Shown: positions 1-12,251, numbered from the stretch's first letter. The stretch: DNA of 64,000 bases from Selaginella moellendorffii (GCF_000143415.4 NW_003314299.1:1424316-1488315); one strand, 5' to 3'. Notes: a model not told the origin generated them from the letters alone. A program made the numbers and translations.

Positions 1-105
1 TCTGGAAGTTGGCCGCTGAGGCAATGCCGGAGGGAAATCCTTGGGCTTCTCATCCGATCTTTTCAACGATTCCAAAATCTCCTCTAGCGTGCTGCGTAGA
101 GCCAT
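1..105 (-). CDS. Myosin class VIII, N-terminal coding start (gene continues beyond the left window edge)
   Basis: Not in the ORF track. ATG at 105 (minus) reads MALRSTLEEILESLKRSDEKPKDFPPALPQRPTSR, which matches the plant myosin VIII N-terminal signature S(S/T)LEEML.SL...D..PKD.PPALP.RP.SR. Confidence 0.8.
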   Translation of the reverse strand, partial: MALRSTLEEILESLKRSDEKPKDFPPALPQRPTSR

Positions 106-2001
106 GATTCTATATCGCTCACCTGATCTTGCCTCTCAAACCCCAATCCAATCCTCGCGGACGTGTTTCAGTCACTCTCTTCCGCTGGCCCGACGAGGAA
201 ATCCCTGTCCCTCCCAAATCTCCCAGCAAAACGGAATAGCCGCGGACCACATTCTCTAATCGCGCCTGTGCTGTGCATCTATCCCGGACCATGGATAATC
301 CAATCCCTCATGCACCAGCTCCTACAGATCGCCGATCGAAATTTCGACCGTGAAACGAATCCGGATGCTACCCTGCCGCCTAGGGATCGCCCCGCCGCAA
401 TCCCAGTCGAAACCCTTGGACGATGAAGAACTCACCGATTGAGCGCGGCGCTGGAGAGATCCACTCCGCGAAGCTGCTCGCTGGAGCTAGCGCGCGAGAT
501 CTGACACGCGCACCGATCTTGGAGGGCGATCCGGTCGAGGAAGGCGCTCACATCACTGCCGCATTCCCTGACGACGCAAAACGCATAAATTCTTTTTTTC
601 CCTCTGTTGCTGGAAGAAAATCCGAGCATCGCATGCCCGGCCCTAGGATTCCAGTATCCAACGCTCCCGGCCCCGCCACGTAGGCATCCAATGTTATGAT
701 ATATTAGGGCACCAGTGCCATCCCCGTCGTCGATTGGCCCCTCGTCAGAATCCAGGCTGCCCCTGCCGTCCGATGGGCGGACAGCGCTGCGCGGGAAAGT
801 TTTGACGCTATCCAACTGGCTGGCCACGTCCAGAGCTCGAATCCTGGCACGACGCCTACTAGATCGATTTCATTCCACGCATATAGAAGGATCCAGTAAC
901 ACAACAAAAGTAGTGGCATCATGTCCCCTGGCTCCACATCGCGCACGTAGCCACCCAAAAATTTAGTAAAAAGACTATTCTTTTCAACCTTGGAAGAATC
1001 TACACGAGGATGCGAATCGAATCCCAGTGCTCACGAGATTCGAGCCCCGGATCAATGCATCTCTATCTGTCAGGTAAAGGAAACCACCCTGGTCTAGGAA
1101 AGGTGGCGGCCCTTAAAAATGTAGGACTCCAAAGTCACACGCAAAACTTTTCTTCCATGAAGGGACACTGGTCATAAAACCCTAGTGTTTTATAGCCACC
1201 TATCAGGGGCCAATAACCATCGTTTCACACACATTTTTCTTTCCAACTTACACCACTGCACAACTTTCCCAGAACCACACGGTACAAATCCACTCTACGG
1301 AGATTTTCCCTGTCCTGAGAGCTTCCAGTACAAACAAAAATTTTAGAGAAAAAAAAAAACAAGAGGTAAGCTATTTCATATTACAACAGGGTGTGTGAGA
1401 AAGACAAAAAAGAAAGAAAAAAGAAAGAAAAAAAGAATGGGCTTTTCCTTTACGGCCAGGGACTTGGTTTGATTTGATTGGATTGAATTTTCTTCTTCCT
1501 GTGGACTCTTTTGTCTGTCTTTACTCCATCTTCGATTCTTCCGCCAAAGCCGGATTTGGCTTTCCCTGATATGATCATCTATCTCCTCCAAACTGCGAGA
1601 GGCACTGTTCTTGAGAGTTTCTTTCCTCTCTAGCTATACTTTCCCCCCGTGTCAATCAATCCTGCTTGACAACCTGCGAATTTCTCAAGAGCTTTGAATC
1701 GGGTACCTGAATTGGATACCGCTCCAAGGAGATACCGCACAGAGAGGGAGCCATAACTTCGAGCTGAGCAGCGGCGGCGGTAGCAGCAGCAGCACCTAGC
1801 AGAAGAAAGAAGAAAATAAAAACTCTACAACCAAGGAGGAAGTCCTTTCCCCTCCTCCCTGAACCCTGAGTCCTCCTGTAAGATAGCTTATAGCTATGTG
1901 TGTTTTTCCTGTCCTGTGTGTCCTCCCTGATAGACGAGTTTAAAGCCTGGAGAGCCTCGTTGCGAGCGCTGCTTCTGCCGCACTCGCTCTCCCCCCGTCG
2001 C

Positions 2002-3335
2002 TCACCACATCTCGCAGGGAAGAACATCGTCAATCTCATCCGAGCTCGAGTACCATTCCTCGATATCCCAGCCATCGTCCGAGTAGTGCACGTCGGACAT
2101 GTCGTCGTACAGGTCGAGCATCTGGAACTGGTCATTGAACTTGATGTTGTAGATGACTCTGATCTTCCGGCACCGCTCGGCCATGGCCCCGTCGATCGTC
2201 AAGTTCATGCAGCCCCTCAGATCGAGAAAGTCCAGGCTCTTGCACTTGTCCAGTATCGCGGCCAGCCCCGAGTTCGTGAGCGATCCGTAGCAGAGCTCGA
2301 GGTGTCTCAGCAGCGGCATGTGTGCGGCGATGGCCAGCGCCTCGTCGTCATACTCCTCGGCCACCAAGTTGTTGGTCTGGAAGAAAAAGGACATGTTGCG
2401 GTCGAGGCGCGCGAGCGACTTGCAGGAGCGGCCGATCTGCGCGAGCGCCGTCTTGGAGATCGCTGTGCAGCCGCTGATGTCCAAGTGAGTTATCCTGCTC
2501 AAGCTGGGGGCGATGTTGGCAATGCAGCCGTCCGTGACTTGGCAGAATGGTATGCGAAGAACTTTCAACCCATGACCCCTGCAAGGCCAAAGAATGTATA
2601 GAAAACCATTCATGTCAATAGCATCCAGGCCCTGGCAGAGAGAAGTTTCTTTAAAAACCATTGCTGGTTCCTACAAAACCATGCAAATTCCATGCAAAGC
2701 GACTCAAACGAACCAGGAAGAGGTCAGGGCCGTTTGCTTATCTCTCACCGGGAAGCGTTATCTATGCAATGAGCAATCGGAAAATCAATGCCAGAGACCT
2801 AACGGAATTTGGTTTTTTGCGAGACAATCACTAGCAAAGCAAAGAGCAAAGAAACAAGCTAAAGAAACCCAAGAACACACAAGACAATGAAATAAGAGGG
2901 GAGAAAAAGAAAGAACCTCTTGGCGATGTAATCCACTGGCTCGTCGTTGGCGAGCCGACAGACCGAGAGCTCCTCGAGGCCGCCTCCGCTGCGCTCCACA
3001 ACGAGCTGGACCATCCTGTGGATTACCTCCCAGGGCATGAGCCGGCTCCATTCGTGCAAATCCACAACCCTCCAGCACGTCGGATCCATCGCCGCCTTGC
3101 GCCACGCCTTGCAAACCACCGGGACGCTCCGCATTCGCTCCTCGAGCGGAAGAACAGCGAAAATCCTGGCCAGGGCTTCCGGCAGCATCTCCGACCACTG
3201 CGCCGCGACGCCCCCATCGCTGACGCTCGGTGCTAGCAGCGCCGAGGAGGAGCCGCCGCTGCAAATTTCAGCGCTGCCGCGCTCCATCTCCATCTCCACC
3301 TCCATTGGCATTGCCATCGCCATCGCCATCGCCAC
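2002..3335 (-). CDS. F-box/LRR protein, FBW2/SKIP-like (exons 3335-2917, 2578-2002; about 331 aa)
   Basis: F-box WSEMLPEALARIFAVLPLEERMRSVPVVCKAW, cysteine-containing LRRs (LDISGCT, LDLRGC), DDEALAIA motif and acidic tail. One GT-AG intron joins the two ORFs in frame. Confidence 0.88.
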
Positions 3336-3484
3336 GACACGATGTAAGCGGGGAATCAGCTTTACACAGGGAGACTTAAAAGAAGAGTGTCCTTAACCTT
3401 CCACGTCACCATCAGACGTGGACAATCTGGACACGTGGACGGTCGTGGGCACGCTACTAGGGCTTTCTTAGGGTTCTTGGGGGA
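3336..3484. promoter_or_regulatory. Probable bidirectional promoter (F-box / sirtuin)
   Basis: 149 bp between divergent ATGs. G-box CACGTG near 3433, CCACGTCA near 3400 and a TAGGGTT telobox-like motif near 3469. Confidence 0.55.
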
Positions 3485-4665
3485 ATGGAGCTCGACGAGG
3501 CGCTGCGCAAGGCCGCCGATCTCATCGTCAATGCGTCCTCGGTGGTGGCGTTTACTGGCGCTGGAATTTCGGTGGAATCCGGTAAGAATGCGGCGATCTA
3601 GCTCACAATGCGGGTTATTTCATTCGTCTTAGATGGCGCATTGCTCAATGCTTGTGTCGAGAGGGATTTTTCTAACAATGAATTGCCGCCAGGAATTCCG
3701 GATTTTCGAAGCAGCGGGGGATTGTGGTCAAAGTATGATCCCGAGGTGTATTGTAACTATTCTGTTTTCAAACAAAAGTAAGCGCTGGAGAAAAGAAGTT
3801 TTACTTTCTAGCTTCTTCTCTAACTTTTTTTTTTTTTTTGTTTACTTTTCTGTTCAGGCCCGAGCTCTTTTGGAAGATGGCAGTGGACATGCAAAGCACA
3901 ATGGCAGAAGCTCAGCCCAATCCCGCGCACTATGCGCTTGCCGAGCTTGAAAGTATGGGATATTTGAAACATGTTATAACGCAGAATGTAGATAACTTGC
4001 ACCAGGTACTTGGGATCATCTCTCTCCGTTTTTTTTCTCTCTATTTTGCTTCTCGTATCCGACCAATTGGGAAATCTTTGTAGCGTGCAGGGAGCAACAA
4101 AGTACGTGAGCTGCACGGGAATGGATCAACTGCGTCGTGCATGGTTTGTAGGAGCAAGGTACCAATCTCGGAGGCGATGGATCAGTTGAACTCGGGAAAA
4201 GTAAAAACAAACTTGTCTCTTTTTTTCCCAGCTTTTTCTTACACTGTACATTTGCAGAGCGTTCCGGTGTGCTCTCGTTGTGGAGGAGTTTTAAGAATGG
4301 ACGCGATCCTCTTTGGCGAGCCTTTACAAAGTTCTGTGATGGAAGGCTCGCTGCGACTGGCAATGTTTGCGGAGGTGATGCTTGTGATCGGAACTTCTCT
4401 TGTGGTAGGCACCATGGATGCTTTTGTGTTGTTTGAGCTGAACTTCTCATTTCATGTTTTCGTTTTTTCGTCCGAGCAGGTCTCGCCCGCCAACAGCCTC
4501 GTGCAGCTCTGCAAATCCAACCAAGGAACAATTGTCATTTGTGATCCCAGCCCTGCCAATTCTCATTTGGCTCATGTAATGCTGCGCGGAAACGCAGGCG
4601 AGGTGTTGCCTCGCCTTGTGCAAGCATGCAAAGCGCTGAGAACTAAAGGCAAGGCTCAGATGTAA
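3485..4665 (+). CDS. NAD-dependent protein deacylase (sirtuin), prokaryote-like; exons 3485-3581, 3693-3777, 3858-4005, 4084-4200, 4258-4404, 4480-4665 (259 aa)
   Basis: The six exons splice to 780 nt in frame. Motifs: TGAGISVESGIPDFRS, QPNPAHYALAELE, ITQNVDNLHQRAGS, ELHG, zinc-binding CMVC/CSRC, LFGE, VIGTSLVV, GNAGEVLP. Confidence 0.93.
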
Positions 4666-5891
4666 GAAGCCGGGAAGAAAAAAAGGTTCTTTTTTACACA
4701 GACGTTCCGTCCTTTATGTTTTTCTTGCTAATGATTTGTCCCACAGTGGAAGTCAGAGGGGATGCGTAAAGTAAACGCGGTCCAAACAGGACTAAAGCAA
4801 AAGCCGTGACGAGCCCTTTCAAAGACAAGTTTACTATGCAAAGTTCCATCAATCATACATGCAGGTAAGATAGTTTACTTGGGGGCTTTTTTTTTCCAAA
4901 CTAATCTTGTTTAGTTCCTTGTGTGTTGTTATTGACAGCATGTGTGATTCAGGCACACATCAAATCGCCAGAGACTGTCAACACCGGACAATCTCCTAGA
5001 GCAATACAAACAATGGAAAAAGGAAAGCTTGGAGTAAGCAAGCGTGTTTGGAATCTCTCCTGATGATTTGACAAGGTTGAGAGAGAATTTGATTTTATTT
5101 GCATGGTCTGTAGACAATGTGGAAAAATCTCTGGTCCCTTGGTACGCCCACTTACAAAGTGAAGTATGGCTATGGCCTGAACGTGCTGCTTTTTCACCCC
5201 ACTATGCTATCCGCTATTCCTATTGTTAATCTCTTGAATTTATTGTTTTACTAACGAACTAGTCAAAATATAAATTTGAGGTAGTGGCCTTTTAGCTAAA
5301 ACTCGAAACACGACCTTTTTCCTCTTAACTAATGTTGTCGTTCATTCATTGTTCATCCGTCGATGGACAAAAAGTGATCAATCAAAATGCATCTAAGAAG
5401 TAGACAAACCCTAAAAAAAGATCTCGATTGGAGGCCGCTATAGGAAGTAACAGTGACAAGAAAATCAATTCGCACCCCTATATAAAAAGGCAGTAGAAAT
5501 AAAATAAAGGTAGTTTATAATTGCACGTTTTACAAATTGCTAATACCGTACGCGCAACTGAAGGGCGGCGGCCCAGCCACGTCAGCGCACACCCGCGAAG
5601 AAGAACCCTAATTTCTCAGTGCCAGTGCGTGGCCAGGAGCCGCCATATCCACAGCGGCACGCTGCGCGATATTTAGGGTTGTAGGGTTCCACATTGGGAC
5701 TGGGAGAGCGCTGGGAGTCTCATCTCTAAGGTGAGAATTTCTAGCTCGATCTGGCCGTGACAGGAGATTCGTTGACCTCTGTTTTTTTTTGTGTGCCAGC
5801 TGCGAGCCTTGGAAATCGCGTTTCTACATTTTGCCTGTTCGTCACGCACCAGTGGAGCTCTCGCTTTCGTTGAGCGCTCTTCGGTGGAGTG

Positions 5892-7668
5892 ATGGCAGGC
5901 GTGCTGGTTCCTTCGCAAAATGTGGGGATTTTCCCCCGTTCCTCGCAGTCACTCTCCTTGCCTTCAAAGCTTTGCTACAAGACGCCGAGATCATCGCTAA
6001 GTTTTCGATCGCCCAAGCAAGCGTGTGTCATCGCTGGCCTTGGCTCTTCCTTTTCTCCACTCTTGGCTCTTAAAAGAAGGCTCAAGCCCGGCTCGAGCTC
6101 GCCATCCGTTCCAATGGTCGCTGTTCCACTCCGAACTGTCACTGCTCCTCAAAGCGATGTGGTCGGTGACTTCTCCAAGGAGTTTGATCCTGCCGCTCCA
6201 CCACCATTTTCTCTGGGAGATGTCAGAGCTGCCATTCCAAAGCATTGCTGGGAGAAGAATGTGTGGAGATCGATTAGCTATGTCGTGAGGGACATAGCGG
6301 TGGTTCTCGGACTGGCTGCTGGTGCTGCTTACTTGAATAATTGGCTCGTCTGGCCACTCTACTGGGCTGCCCAAGGCACGATGTTCTGGGCTCTCTTTGT
6401 GCTCGGCCATGACTGGTAAGTTTTTCTCTCCCAGCAATGTTTTTTCTTTCTCGATCTTACGCGTCTTTGATCAGTGGACACGGGAGTTTTTCCAATAACA
6501 AGAAGCTTAACCATGTCTTCGGCCACATTCTCCATTCTTCCATCCTGGTTCCATACCACGGGTGGTACGTATGCTTTTCCATTTCTTGTTTGGCTTAGAG
6601 TTTAAACTTTGTGGAAATCCAGGAGGATAAGCCACCGGACGCATCACCAGAATCACGGCCATGTCGAGAACGACGAGTCCTGGCATCCAGTAAGTCGCCT
6701 GATGCTCTCGCAAGTGGAAACCATTTTGTTTTTCTCTTACCTTACACTGTTCTTCATGTAGATGACCGAGAAGCTCTACAAAGACGCAGATATCTTTACT
6801 CGCTTCGGCCGGTTCCAGCTTCCATGGGTCATGTTTGCTTATCCGCTTTATCTGGTATTACTAGAAGTTCCATTTTGCTTTGCCTCGTTTCTAATCTTTC
6901 TCACGAACAGGCGACGAGGAGTCCGGGTAAAACTGGCTCTCACTTCCATCCGGACAGCTCTCTCTTCGTCCCGAGCGAGAGAAACGACGTGATAACGTCG
7001 ACAGTGTGCTGGTCGGCGATGTTGGCGTTGCTGGCTGCCATGACAGCTGCTGTTGGCCCCGTTTGGATGTTCAAGCTTTACGTCGTACCTTACTTGGTAA
7101 GTTTTCCAGAGTTCTACGCAATCGTTTGATGCTTGTGACCGCAGATCAATATTGTTTGGCTGGATGCTGTGACTTACATGCATCATCACGGGCACGAAGT
7201 CAAGGTTCCGTGGTACAGAGGAAAGGTACTGTGCAAGCTTTGTTTTTTTTTTCAAGGCTCTTTATGCTGGAACTCTAGGAGTGGAACTACATGAGAGGGG
7301 GACTTTCCACCATAGACAGAGACTACGGAGTGATCAACAACATCCACCACGATATCGGCACTCACGTCGTGCATCATTTGTTCCCTCAAATTCCTCACTA
7401 CAATTTGGTGGAAGCTGTGAGTTCATCTTAGCGCTTTTTTGCTTCGGATCGAGCTAATCGTGGTTCTTTTTTCTTTTTTTCTTTTTTTTTTGTTTTCTTG
7501 GTGTAGACCAAAGCGATAAAGCCTGTGCTGGGAAAATACTACAGGGAACCAGAAAAATCTGGCCTGCTTCCCTTGCACTTGTACAAAATTCTTAAGTCGA
7601 GCCTCGAGGAGGACCATTTTGTGCCGAATGAAGGCGACATTGTCTTCTACCAGCGGGACTCCATTTAA
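5892..7668 (+). CDS. FAD7: Omega-3 fatty acid desaturase, plastid type (FAD7/FAD8-like) with transit peptide
   Basis: Ser/Lys/Arg-rich N-terminal extension, FDPAAPPPF, His boxes HDCGH, HRTHH and HVVHH across 8 exons. Confidence 0.9.
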
Positions 7669-7985
7669 AGAGGAACAATGAAAAAATCATTTTTTGGCGA
7701 AAATGCGAAGCCAACAAAAAAGAAAACACGCAAAAAGCATTCTTTTCTCCAGAAATGTTATATAGAGTTTGAGACCTTGATCTTTATAAAGGGTCCCATT
7801 CGAAAGATTCGTTTGATCAGGAGGAGCCTACCTATAAATATAAAAGAATGCCAGTGGAGAGATGCGATAGGGGTTCCCTAGAAGCTTTTATACAGAGGTC
7901 TTTTCTTTCTTTTCTTGGCGGCAATCCAGGCGGCGGCTCTTGCGATCCGATCGATCGCCATTAGATCGATTCCATCGATCGATCC

Positions 7986-9774
7986 ATGGCGGACGACGGC
8001 GACGCCAAGGGGTTTGATCCATCAGCGCCGCCGCCGTTCACCATCGCCGAGGTCCGCTCCGCCATCCCTAGCCACTGCTGGAACAAGAGCCTGGGCAGAT
8101 CTTTGAGCTTCCTGGCCAGGGATCTGGCGGGCGTCGCGATCTTGGCCTGCATTGCCGGATATTTCGATCACTGGCTCGTCTGGCCCGCGTATTGGATCGC
8201 GCAAGGCACGCTCTTCTGGGCGCTCTTCGTCATCGGCCACGACTGGTAAGCAAAATCTTCCATTTCCATCGACTCGCATTGGATTTCATTGCATGGCAGT
8301 GGTGAGAATTTTGTCTCTTTGGTTTGCTCTTGGATTTCTGGTGCCCTGCATTGCGATTCTTTCACCTGAATGCCTCGAAGTTCCCTTTCTCTTGGATTTC
8401 GCGCTCGATATTTATTTTTTCTTATACTTTTTATGTACGTTTGCGTGCGTGCTTTTTTATTTTTTGTTTTTTTATTTCTTGGGTTTTTTGTGACTTAGAA
8501 CATGTCTCTAGTTTGTCTTCTACTTCCCTTGAGCAACTTGCGTGAAAGTTACTCTATGAATTCTTTTTCTATGCAGTGGACACGGAAGCTTTTCTGACAA
8601 CAAGGACGTGAACACAGTCGTAGGACATTTTGTCCACTCGTTTATTTTGGTCCCGTATCATGGGTGGTGAGTGATCAGATTCTCTTGTCCTGTTTTTGTC
8701 CTCCGCCATGACTGATTCCCCGGCCTCGCAGGAGAATCAGCCACAGAACTCATCATCAAAATCACGGTCACGCAGACAATGACGAGTCCTGGTCACCTGT
8801 AAGCCGTTCTGAGGTTGCAAATTTTCAAAAATTTCATGGTTTTTTCAGATGACTGAGAGCATGTATAAGTCGTCTCCTCCACTGAAGCTTGTTGCACGGT
8901 TCCAATTGCCGTGGCCATTGTTGGTATTCCCGTTCTATCTCGTAAGGATTTGTTTATTCTCCATTGTTCGAGCTTGACACCTTCTTGTGCTCGTAGGTGA
9001 AAAGAACTCCTGGCAAGGATGGTTCTCATTTCCATCCAGAGAGCCCCTTGTTCAAGCCCAGTGAGAGGGGTGATGTTTTGACGTCAACCGCGTGTTGGAC
9101 GGTCATGTTGGCCATCCTGATCGCCTTGACGATAAGAATCGGGCCACTCTGGATGTTGAAACTCTACTTTGTTCCTTACGTGGTAAGTCCTCTACGCTCT
9201 TGAGTATGCAATCCAGTGTAGAACTCTAGCTTTATTAACTTTTCGTTTCTTTATCATTTTCAGATCCAGATAATGTGGATTGCTGGCGTTACTTACATGC
9301 ACCACCATGGCCACTACCAGAAAGTACCATGGTATCGTGGGAAGGTACAAGTATTTTCCTGTTCTGAGGATTCATTTCTCTCAAACGAGCTCTTTTACAT
9401 CTCAGGAATGGAATTACATCCGAGGCGGCCTATCAACTATAGACCGAGACTATGGATTGTTCAATAACATTCACCACGACATTGGAACGCATGTCGTGCA
9501 TCATTTGTTCCCGCAAATTCCACACTACCATTTGATCGAAGCCGTAAGTTTCTCTGAGTAGTATCAAGGGTCATCGATTAACGTTCTTTTCAAATTTCCT
9601 GTGTAGACTAAAGCCATAAAGCCGATTCTCGGGAAATACTACAGGGAGCCTGAGACGTCCGGGCCAGTGCCGATCCATTTGTTCAAGGTTCTAAGCAAGA
9701 GCCTCAAGGAAGACCAGTTCGTCGCCGACGACGGCGATGTTGTCTTCTACCAGAGCGATCCAGGCTTGAAGTAA
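7986..9774 (+). CDS. FAD3: Omega-3 fatty acid desaturase, microsomal type (FAD3-like), no transit peptide
   Basis: Starts [18 protein letters not shown]. Same three His boxes and equivalent intron positions as the upstream copy; ends FYQSDPGLK. Confidence 0.88.
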
Positions 9775-9939
9775 GTCTGTTTTTTTGTCTCTGGAAGACC
9801 AAATTTTTGGAGAGTTTTAATAATCCAGCCGGCGATGCTAAGGTAAAGATAAAAGCACCTCTTTTACTGACCAGTTTTTAGTGTTCTTCATCTTAGAACT
9901 CGGTTTTGAGAGAAAAAAAATTCCATTTCATCGAAGTTT

Positions 9940-10935
9940 TCACGAGCTTGCAACTCGAATTTTCACGAATGTGGCTATGTCCTCGCAAAATTTCCTCGCA
10001 TGAGGAAATTTTGGAGCCAAGTAAAAGCCATGGCAGGCCCCCGGGACGAATATGCTCTGGGCCTCCTTTCCAGCGGCTATCAGCTTGTCCACGTACTGTG
10101 CGTGGCGGTCCTGGCCAGGGCACGAACCCCCAATCACCACCAAAGTTGGCGGAATGGCCATGGCCGCCAAATCTAGCGGCGCTTCTCCGCCAAATGGATT
10201 ACACCCCGGATGATCCCTGCTCGCGCCGGGTGGGAGATACGCGCGCCATCGCCACTCCGAGAATCGCTGATTCGCGAAAGGGACATCCGCGAATTCCTTC
10301 TCGGATGGCGTGAGGGATTCGCCTCCAAAGGATGGCTGGATCAAGACCTGGCCGCGAATGACGATGGGGGAGAGATCCTCGCGCGCCAGGGCGAGCTTGG
10401 AGCTGAGATTGTGGACGAGATTGCCGCCGGCGCTATCCCCGACGAGGAATGTGTTGGAGAGATCAAGGAGCGCGTTCTTGGAAGAATGCTGCTGGAAATA
10501 TTTGAGGGCTTCGAAGCCATCGTCGATCGCTGCCGGGTACCTGTGCTCTGGAATGCGGCGGTAGTTCACGGAGATCACGATCGCTGCGCAGGCCGTGGCG
10601 AGATTGCGGCACAGGGCGTCGAAATGGGGCGATGCTGGCGTGCAAAGCGCGAAGAATCCCCCGTGGAAGAAGAAGATTACGGGGAGCGTGGACGAGGAGG
10701 AGCTCGGCGTGAAGATCCGGACCCAGAGATCGGTGTCTTGATCATCGATTGTGAGATCCCGCGCGCTCACTCCCTCCGCGTCGATTGCTGGGGTTTTGCG
10801 GTCGAAGAAATCGGCCGCGCGCCTGCTGAAGCTGCCGTCGCCGCGGAGGATGAATGGAAGCGCCATGAATTTCCAGATGAATGCCGCGATCCTCGCAGCG
10901 AATGGCGTGGCCAATGGCGGATTGGCCATGGACAA
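9940..10935 (-). CDS. HSL-family carboxylesterase / GID1-like protein (intronless)
   Basis: FHGGFF, SVNYRRIPEHRYPAA, GDSAGGN and CHGFY motifs; N-terminal RGDGSFSR..DFFDRK resembles the GID1/CXE lid. Confidence 0.9.
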   Translation of the reverse strand: MSMANPPLATPFAARIAAFIWKFMALPFILRGDGSFSRRAADFFDRKTPAIDAEGVSARDLTIDDQDTDLWVRIFTPSSSSSTLPVIFFFHGGFFALCTPASPHFDALCRNLATACAAIVISVNYRRIPEHRYPAAIDDGFEALKYFQQHSSKNALLDLSNTFLVGDSAGGNLVHNLSSKLALAREDLSPIVIRGQVLIQPSFGGESLTPSEKEFADVPFANQRFSEWRWRAYLPPGASRDHPGCNPFGGEAPLDLAAMAIPPTLVVIGGSCPGQDRHAQYVDKLIAAGKEAQSIFVPGACHGFYLAPKFPHARKFCEDIATFVKIRVASS

Positions 10936-11008
10936 CAGAGAAAAAATTCTTTAATGGATCTTTCTCTATAAAGTGTCGAATATGTTTTTAGGGTTTATGC
11001 GCATTTAA

Positions 11009-12099
11009 ATGTCTTGGCCCGCCGTGAGCTCCAAGCGCGGGTTGCGACGCCGCGAGCTCAAGGGAATCCATCTCTTCACGGTACGTTTGAGACGGATTTC
11101 TTTGATGATTCCCCTGCTTGGCTATGGCAGATCGATGATCTCTTGAGCACGGCCGAGGTGGATGCGTTCGTCGCGGCGGCGGAGAAGCTAGGGTTCCAGC
11201 ACCAGGGAAGCCTTGGCCCCAGCAAGGGAGAGGCATTCAGGGACAACGATCGAATTTCGCTCCACAGCCAGGCCTTGGCCGATCAGCTCTGGAATGCGGA
11301 CCTAGCGGCGCTGTTTGATGGCATTGAATCGAATGGAAGGATCGCCACAGGGCTAAACCCCAACATCAGATTCTACAGGTAGAGCTCACGATCCAGTTTC
11401 CTTAAAGTTCTCATGCCTCCAAATCCATCCATTTTTCACTCCTTACGACCTTCCTGTGGTACTCTATTACTTCCTTGCGAGCTTCTCATATAGATTGAAG
11501 CATCAAAATAATCCCCTTTCCTTTTCCTTCTTGTGGTATTCTATTACTCCTTCGCATGATCGAAAGCATTCTCTTTCCTTTCACTTTCTGTAGTGCCTCC
11601 TTACGAGCTTCTCGTATAGATTGAAGCATCGAAATAGTTCTCTTTCCTTTCCCTTGCTGTGGTACTCTATTGCTCCTTGATTTCTATCTCCAATGATTGA
11701 AAGTGTTGTGGATTTTCAGGTATAACCAAGGCCAGCGGTTTGGTCAGCACGTAGACGAGAGCGTAGAAATTGATGCCGATCATGCCACCGAGTACACGCT
11801 TTTGATCTACTTAAACTCGGGGATGGCTATCAAATCCAAAAAGGGAGCGCGGGACTCTCAACTTGTTGGCGGAGAAACGGTGTTTTACACTGGCCGAAAC
11901 AAAGCAATAGGGGTGAGTTTGCGTAGCCATCCTTTCGGTTTTTCTCAAGAAATGGCATTTGCAGGTTGTTCCTGTTTCAGGGATGGCTTTGCTGCACCTG
12001 CATGGCGATGAATGCATGCTACACGAAGCTAAGACTGTCCGTAGAGGAGTGAAGTATGTGCTACGATCGGATGTAGTCTTCTCCAAGAGAAGAGAATGA
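11009..12099 (+). CDS. 2-oxoglutarate/Fe(II)-dependent dioxygenase (prolyl-4-hydroxylase-like); exons 11009-11080, 11131-11378, 11720-11912, 11965-12099 (215 aa)
   Basis: GEAFRDNDRI, GLNPNIRFYRY, HVDES (HxD), TLLIYL, GGETVF, MLHEA (distal His), KYVLRSDV. Exons splice to 648 nt in frame. Confidence 0.9.
11440..11680. repeat. Imperfect internal tandem duplications in intron 2 of the 2OG gene
   Basis: GAGCTTCTC(A/G)TATAGATTGAAGCATC occurs twice and TGTGGTA(C/T)TCTATT three times. Confidence 0.6.
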
Positions 12100-12251
12100 T
12101 ACAGGTATCACGTTATTTTCCAGCTTTGTGCCTTCAAAATAGCTAAAATAGCTGGGAACATTTACCAGTTCCATGATTGTAAAAATTTCGTTTAGCTAGC
12201 TCATTGCATTTTGAAGAAGAAATATTCCTTATAAAAAAGATTTGTATTTGA

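Noticed and set aside
106-2001. Short ORFs upstream of the myosin start
   Set aside because: No motifs; more likely myosin 5' UTR/intron/promoter and F-box 3' UTR.
1900-2601. 233-aa plus-strand ORF (likewise 10210-10971, 13536-14300, 27630-28970)
   Set aside because: Antisense shadows of the F-box, CXE, PPR and GID1 coding regions.
3485-4665. Bacterial contamination explaining the sirtuin
   Set aside because: It has five canonical introns and is tightly linked to plant genes.
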